Shown one piece after another: positions 16,692-22,125 of a stretch of 22,125 bases of DNA. Position 1 is the stretch's first letter. Every line of letters starts with the position of its first letter. The stretch lies in contig CAZEBC010000052.1 of the NCBI GenBank assembly GCA_964510165.1, forward strand, positions 1 through 22,125, given 5' to 3'. The position numbers were made by a program, and so were the translations under genes. The notes below the pieces were generated by a model. It was not told the DNA's origin. It did no database searches and saw only the letters and a list, made by a program, of their open reading frames with translations. This stretch comes from an uncultured bacterium. GTDB taxonomy: Bacteria; Abyssobacteria; SURF-5.

Positions 16692-17679
16692 GGTACGGTC
16701 CATCTGCCGAATACCGCCTGATCGCCGAAGCCAGAATGGATTCGATAAGCTTATTGTAAGTCATGCCAACCTTGTACGCGATGAAACACAGGTCGGAATG
16801 GTCGGGATTGAGACCGGCCAGGGGATTGACCTCGAGAAAGTGCAGTTGCCCGGCTGCGTCCGCCCGCACATCCACGCGGCCGCCGTCCCGACAACCCAGT
16901 CCCCTGTAGGCCGCAAGCGCGATTTCGCCGGCCTGTTCAGCAAGTCGGCCTTCAACCAGAGGGTATTCAACACGAGTTTCCCACTCTTGTTTGTTTTGAT
17001 ACGAATATGCCGATGGCTCAGCCTGTTTCTTGAGCACCACCTCCACTACTCCGAGCGAGACTGCTTCTCGGCCCGTGCCCACGATGCCCACGGTAAATTC
17101 GCGGCCTGGCATAAACGTTTCTACGAGGACGGGTTGTCCGAATTGTTCCAGAAGCCTTTCGCAGACAGCACGCAATTGGTTGGCATCAGTAATCCTCGAC
17201 TCGGACGTGATCCCTTTCCCCGTTCCTTCGGCGACGGGTTTTGCGAACACGGGAAAAGGCAAATCCACCCTTCCCGCGTCTTCCACGGACTCGACAATGG
17301 CAAAATCGGGCGTAGGCACGCCGAGGTCGCGTACGACCCGTTTCGCCATCCCCTTGTGCAGCGTGAGCGAAAGGACCATCGGATCGGAAAACGTATAGGG
17401 TATGTCATATGCTTCAAGGAGCGCAGGGACCTGGGCCTCGCGGCCAAAGCCCCTGAGTCCCTCGGCAATGTTGAATACCATGTCCCATCTGTCGCCGTTC
17501 ACGAGTCGCCGTGTAAGGCTCCAGATGTTCCCGATGCGATCCGTCTCATGACCGAGGCTTTGAAGCGCTCGCTCAATCGCCTCTATCGTGTCCGGCCTGT
17601 CGAACTCGGCGGTTTCTTCTTTGCCAAAACCCTGGTCAAGATAATCCTGACGCAGGTCATATGTGATGCCTATTTTCAT
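16627..17679 (-). CDS. D-Ala-D-Ala ligase-like ATP-grasp ligase (non-canonical, copy 1)
   Basis: MKIGITYDL, FNIAEG..GREAQVPALLE, FPVFAKP, EGTGKGI, ETFMPGREF, RDGGRVDVR, LEVNPLAGL. Confidence 0.88.
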   Translation of the reverse strand: MKIGITYDLRQDYLDQGFGKEETAEFDRPDTIEAIERALQSLGHETDRIGNIWSLTRRLVNGDRWDMVFNIAEGLRGFGREAQVPALLEAYDIPYTFSDPMVLSLTLHKGMAKRVVRDLGVPTPDFAIVESVEDAGRVDLPFPVFAKPVAEGTGKGITSESRITDANQLRAVCERLLEQFGQPVLVETFMPGREFTVGIVGTGREAVSLGVVEVVLKKQAEPSAYSYQNKQEWETRVEYPLVEGRLAEQAGEIALAAYRGLGCRDGGRVDVRADAAGQLHFLEVNPLAGLNPDHSDLCFIAYKVGMTYNKLIESILASAIRRYSADGPYHERKYNRHHPQRTGPLGTCLF

Positions 17680-17717
17680 GGCGTCCAAATATCTTACAAA
17701 CAATCTGCCCATGTGAC

Positions 17718-17747
17718 TTTAGGGGCGGCTCTCAAACCGCCCCTAAA
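17718..17747. repeat. REP-like perfect inverted repeat inside the operon
   Basis: TTTAGGGGCGG-CTCTCAAA-CCGCCCCTAAA, 11-bp perfect arms. Confidence 0.65.
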
Positions 17748-17789
17748 ACAAGTGACCGAAGACACTACAGAATGCGCAGAGTCCTGCGC

Positions 17790-19091
17790 TTACGCGGATG
17801 TCCTCCCGTTCGAGAGAGTATCCGGATAGCGAAACACCTTCCCTTCGTAGTTTTTCAGCACGAGACAGCCGTCCTCACGACCGACGACCGATTCCGGCAA
17901 AAGCGGAATCTTGCCGCCTCCACCGGGAGCATCAATGACGTAGGTCGGCACGGCGTAGCCGCTGGTGTGCCCCCTGAGCCCCTGGATTATCTCGAGCCCC
18001 TTGGAAACGGGCGTCCTGAAATGCGCGGACCCCAGAATCGGATCGCACTGATAGAGATAATACGGCCTCACTCGCATACGAAGCAGTCCGTGAACCAGCC
18101 GCTTCATGGTTTCCACGTTGTCATTGATGCCCGCCAGCAGCACCGTCTGGCTTCCCAGCGGAATCCCTGCATCGGCCAGCCGCTCACACGCCTGCTCGAC
18201 CTCGGGTGTCAACTCGTCCGGATGCGTGAAATGGATGCTCAACCAAAGCGGATGGTACCGCTTGAGCATGCTCGCCAGCACCGGCGTTATCCGTTGCGGC
18301 AGGACGACCGGAGCTTTGGTCCCGATCCGAAGCAGTTCCACGTGCGGTATGCGGCGAAGCCGCGAAAGCAGGCGTTCGATCTTTTCACCCGGCAGCGTCA
18401 ACGGGTCCCCGCCCGAAAGAAGCACGTCCCGGATCGTCGGAGTGGCTTCGATATACTCCAGCGCCTTTTCCCAGCGCCCCTGATTGAACCGGAATGTTCC
18501 CTTGCCCACCATTCGCGAACGCGTACAGTAACGACAGTACGTCGAGCAGAAATCGGTCGCGAGAAACAGCACCCGATCCGGATACCTGTGCACCAGCCCG
18601 GGCACCGGACTCTTGTCTTCCTCGGCGAGCGGGTCTTCCGATTCGCCCGGTGAACAAAGATGTTCTCCCGCAACGGGCACAACTGCGCGCCGCAACGGTT
18701 GAGCCGGATTGTCTGGGTCAAGAAGGCTGGCGTAATATGGAGTGACGGCTACCGGTAGGGAGCCGTTATGGCGGGTTATACCCTCAATCTCCTCCTCGGA
18801 CAAGTTGATGATGCGCCGCAGTCCGGGAAGGTCCTTGATCCTGTTGCGCAACTGCCAACTCCAATTGTTCCAGTCGGAGTCGGCGGTCTCCGGATAGAAA
18901 CCGCGGCGAAACGCAACCGTGCGCTCCCCCTGACGCGGGACAGTCCGCGCCCGACGGCTCCCGCTTCCACTCTCTATCGCGCAACTTTGACTTGAGGCAT
19001 TCCATGATTCGCTCGATGCATTTTGCCCTGCATCGGGCATGCTAGTACCCGGAGGTTCAACTTCGTCTACGTTAATCAGTTCCCTTTTCAT
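17790..19091 (-). CDS. kamA: KamA-family radical SAM/PLP enzyme (lysine 2,3-aminomutase-like)
   Basis: DPLAEED, GLVHRYPDRVL, CSTYCRYCTR, LLSGGDPL, YYLYQCD, YVIDAPGGGGKIP (PLP lysine). ATGA overlap with the upstream gene. Confidence 0.93.
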   Translation of the reverse strand: MKRELINVDEVEPPGTSMPDAGQNASSESWNASSQSCAIESGSGSRRARTVPRQGERTVAFRRGFYPETADSDWNNWSWQLRNRIKDLPGLRRIINLSEEEIEGITRHNGSLPVAVTPYYASLLDPDNPAQPLRRAVVPVAGEHLCSPGESEDPLAEEDKSPVPGLVHRYPDRVLFLATDFCSTYCRYCTRSRMVGKGTFRFNQGRWEKALEYIEATPTIRDVLLSGGDPLTLPGEKIERLLSRLRRIPHVELLRIGTKAPVVLPQRITPVLASMLKRYHPLWLSIHFTHPDELTPEVEQACERLADAGIPLGSQTVLLAGINDNVETMKRLVHGLLRMRVRPYYLYQCDPILGSAHFRTPVSKGLEIIQGLRGHTSGYAVPTYVIDAPGGGGKIPLLPESVVGREDGCLVLKNYEGKVFRYPDTLSNGRTSA

Positions 19092-19381
19092 TTACCTTGA
19101 GTTCTCCCATGCATTTGTTCCGTTACAACACGGTAACTGCTCTCCCGATCTTGTGCCTTCGGAAAGCTGTATTTGGCGATCTGGATTACCTTTTTCCCCT
19201 CTCGTTCTGTCACCTCCCCGCTCGCATGGATTTCCTCGCGGATGAATCCAAGCAATTCTTTGCCCTTGCCCCTCTCGTCAATCCGGTATTCATCCTCGTC
19301 CTGAGTGGCTATCGCGACGGCAATGACGTTGCCTTTTCGGTCCCAATCGACCGGAATGATAACACCCTTAATTGTCACCAA
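19088..19381 (-). CDS. Small beta-rich hypothetical protein, first gene of the kamA operon
   Basis: TIKGVIIPVDWDRKGNVIAVAIAT..EDEYRI..KGKELL. Lies between the sigma54 motif and kamA, and its stop overlaps the kamA ATG. TTG/GTG start uncertain. Confidence 0.7.
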   Translation of the reverse strand: MVTIKGVIIPVDWDRKGNVIAVAIATQDEDEYRIDERGKGKELLGFIREEIHASGEVTEREGKKVIQIAKYSFPKAQDRESSYRVVTEQMHGRTQGK

Positions 19382-19450
19382 GTTGCGAAGCGTATGAAAC
19401 CCTCACCAATATACTACTGCTCAGTAGATTAGCACACTGCCCTTATATTT

Positions 19451-19465
19451 GCAATACCTGTGCCA
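19451..19465 (-). promoter_or_regulatory. sigma54 promoter of the kamA operon
   Basis: Minus strand TGGCAC-AGGTA-TTGC(A), exact consensus. Confidence 0.9.
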
Positions 19466-19530
19466 ATATCAAAAACCCATGAATTCCCAAGCTCTTACAA
19501 GAGAAGCTCAGTAATCGGCCCAATTTATCG

Positions 19531-19668
19531 GAACTGATAGTTCCTAAAATGCATTTTTGTCGCTACATTGGATTCGCTGATTGGCCTGAAACCCGCACAG
19601 GATAAGGGGCGAGAGTAAAACAGAACCTGCAATTCCTATTTATGATTTTACAGAACTGCGAATTCCTA
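19531..19668. promoter_or_regulatory. Three enhancer-like repeats GAAC-N6-TTCCTA
   Basis: Copies at 19531-19546, 19623-19638 and 19653-19668. The first is the palindrome GGAACT-GAT-AGTTCC. The last two are 30 bp apart. Confidence 0.7.
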
Positions 19669-19686
19669 TTTTTGCGCTTCGGGAAG

Positions 19687-21104
<1,418 letters not shown>

Positions 21105-21108
<4 letters not shown>

Positions 21109-22097
21109 TCCGGTTCCTTATCCTCAGATGATGGGAAATCCCTTGCAGAAGGCAGTCCCTCGATTGATTCGGCGCTGTGAATCGCGTCAACGACCGCGAG
21201 CGACATGGCCTCGGCGGCGACAGAGCCGACAACGGAAACCGGGGCGGCCAGGATCGAGTCCGCCCGGCTGAGGGCAAAGACGACGTCGCCATCAACCGAG
21301 GTGTGCGCGGGCGAGATTGTGCGGACTATTCCGTTGCTTGCCATGCAGGCGAGCTTGTTCGTGTCCTCCTTACTGAGGTGCGCGTTGGTGGCGACAACCC
21401 CTATGACCGTATTGGAAAAACCCAGAACCGTGCCTGCGAGGTCTCCCCTCAGCACCTTCTCGGTATCCGCAAAACCCGTCTTATTGGGATTCCGGGCGCC
21501 CGCGATTATGTTTCCCGACAAGTCACGCACATCGCCAAATGCGTTCACGGCAACCAGCGCGCCCACCCTGATTCCTTGATGCAAGGCAAGGCACGCGGTC
21601 CCAAGCCCACCCTTCATCGCGAAAGATATCCCATAGATTTTACCGACGGTCGCGCCGGCGCCCACGCCCACATTGCCTCGCTCAAATTCCCCGGCCACGG
21701 CGTTGGCGCATGCGCGATATCCCATCTCGGCGTCCGGCCTGGCCTTCGGGTCGCCAAGCGCAAGGTCCATTAATATCGCCGCCGGCACAATCGGCACGTG
21801 TGCCACCCGCACGTCATACCCACGGTCATGCTCTTCGAGGTAACGCATGACGCCCGACGCTGCATCGAGTCCGTACGCGCTGCCGCCGGAAAGGAGGATG
21901 GCATGGACATGCTGCACCAGATGAGTTGGCCGAAGAAGTTCAATCTCACGAGTGCCGGTGGCTGACCCGCGAACGTCAACCCCGCCGGTCATCGCGCCGT
22001 CGCAGATGACGACGGTACATCCGGTGAGACCCACATGATCAGTGCAGTGGCCTACTCGCAGGCCGCCGACGTCGGTAAGATAGCCCGATGGTTTCAT
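21105..22097 (-). CDS. P1/S58 (DmpA/NylC-like) Ntn amidohydrolase
   Basis: LTDVGGLRVGH, TGCTV, VDVRGSATGTRE, GGSAYGLDAA, GATVGK, VNAFG, SN/TVIGVVATNA autoprocessing site, HTSVDGD. Confidence 0.9.
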
Positions 22098-22125
22098 AAA
22101 GGCGCAGAGGTAGGGAACGACTAGT

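Noticed and set aside
15666-17679. ddl or van-type peptidoglycan/glycopeptide-resistance ligases
   Set aside because: The Ddl substrate motif is absent, and no mur/fts or vanH/vanX genes are nearby.
17790-19091. epmB or lysine-fermentation kamA context
   Set aside because: No efp, epmA, kamD or kamE is present in the window, and the neighbours are ligases and an acetyltransferase.
19531-19668. Repeats as a CRISPR array or LexA boxes
   Set aside because: They are too short and few, with no cas genes or spacer structure. The GAAC-N5-RTTC dyad spacing differs from the GAAC-N4-GTTC LexA box.

Overview
Gene-dense, moderately GC-rich bacterial chromosome segment with about 21 CDSs. No rRNA, tRNA, CRISPR array or transposase was seen. 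Left half: a sigma54-type promoter driving two paralogous receiver proteins (one fused to CBS domains), an OprO/OprP-like porin, an XRE-HTH protein, HU, a TMTC-like membrane glycosyltransferase with TPRs, a DUF218-like protein, a TIM-barrel protein with its metal ligands substituted, and selD. The selD gene has an in-frame TGA (selenocysteine) plus a SECIS-like hairpin, so the ORF track truncates it. Middle (minus strand): a Spy/CpxP-like protein, a VOC protein, a VWA-TM-FHA-like membrane protein, and a small RHH-like gene behind back-to-back sigma54 motifs. Right half (minus strand) holds the most interesting unit. A P1/DmpA-NylC-like Ntn hydrolase is coupled to a sigma54 activator with an atypical receiver. 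Three enhancer-like repeats and a consensus sigma54 promoter then precede small protein - lysine 2,3-aminomutase-like radical SAM - two non-canonical Ddl-like ATP-grasp ligases - GNAT - MFS. This is a candidate pathway for an uncharacterised beta-lysine-containing amide or peptide. All family calls come from motif recognition by eye, not from database searches.
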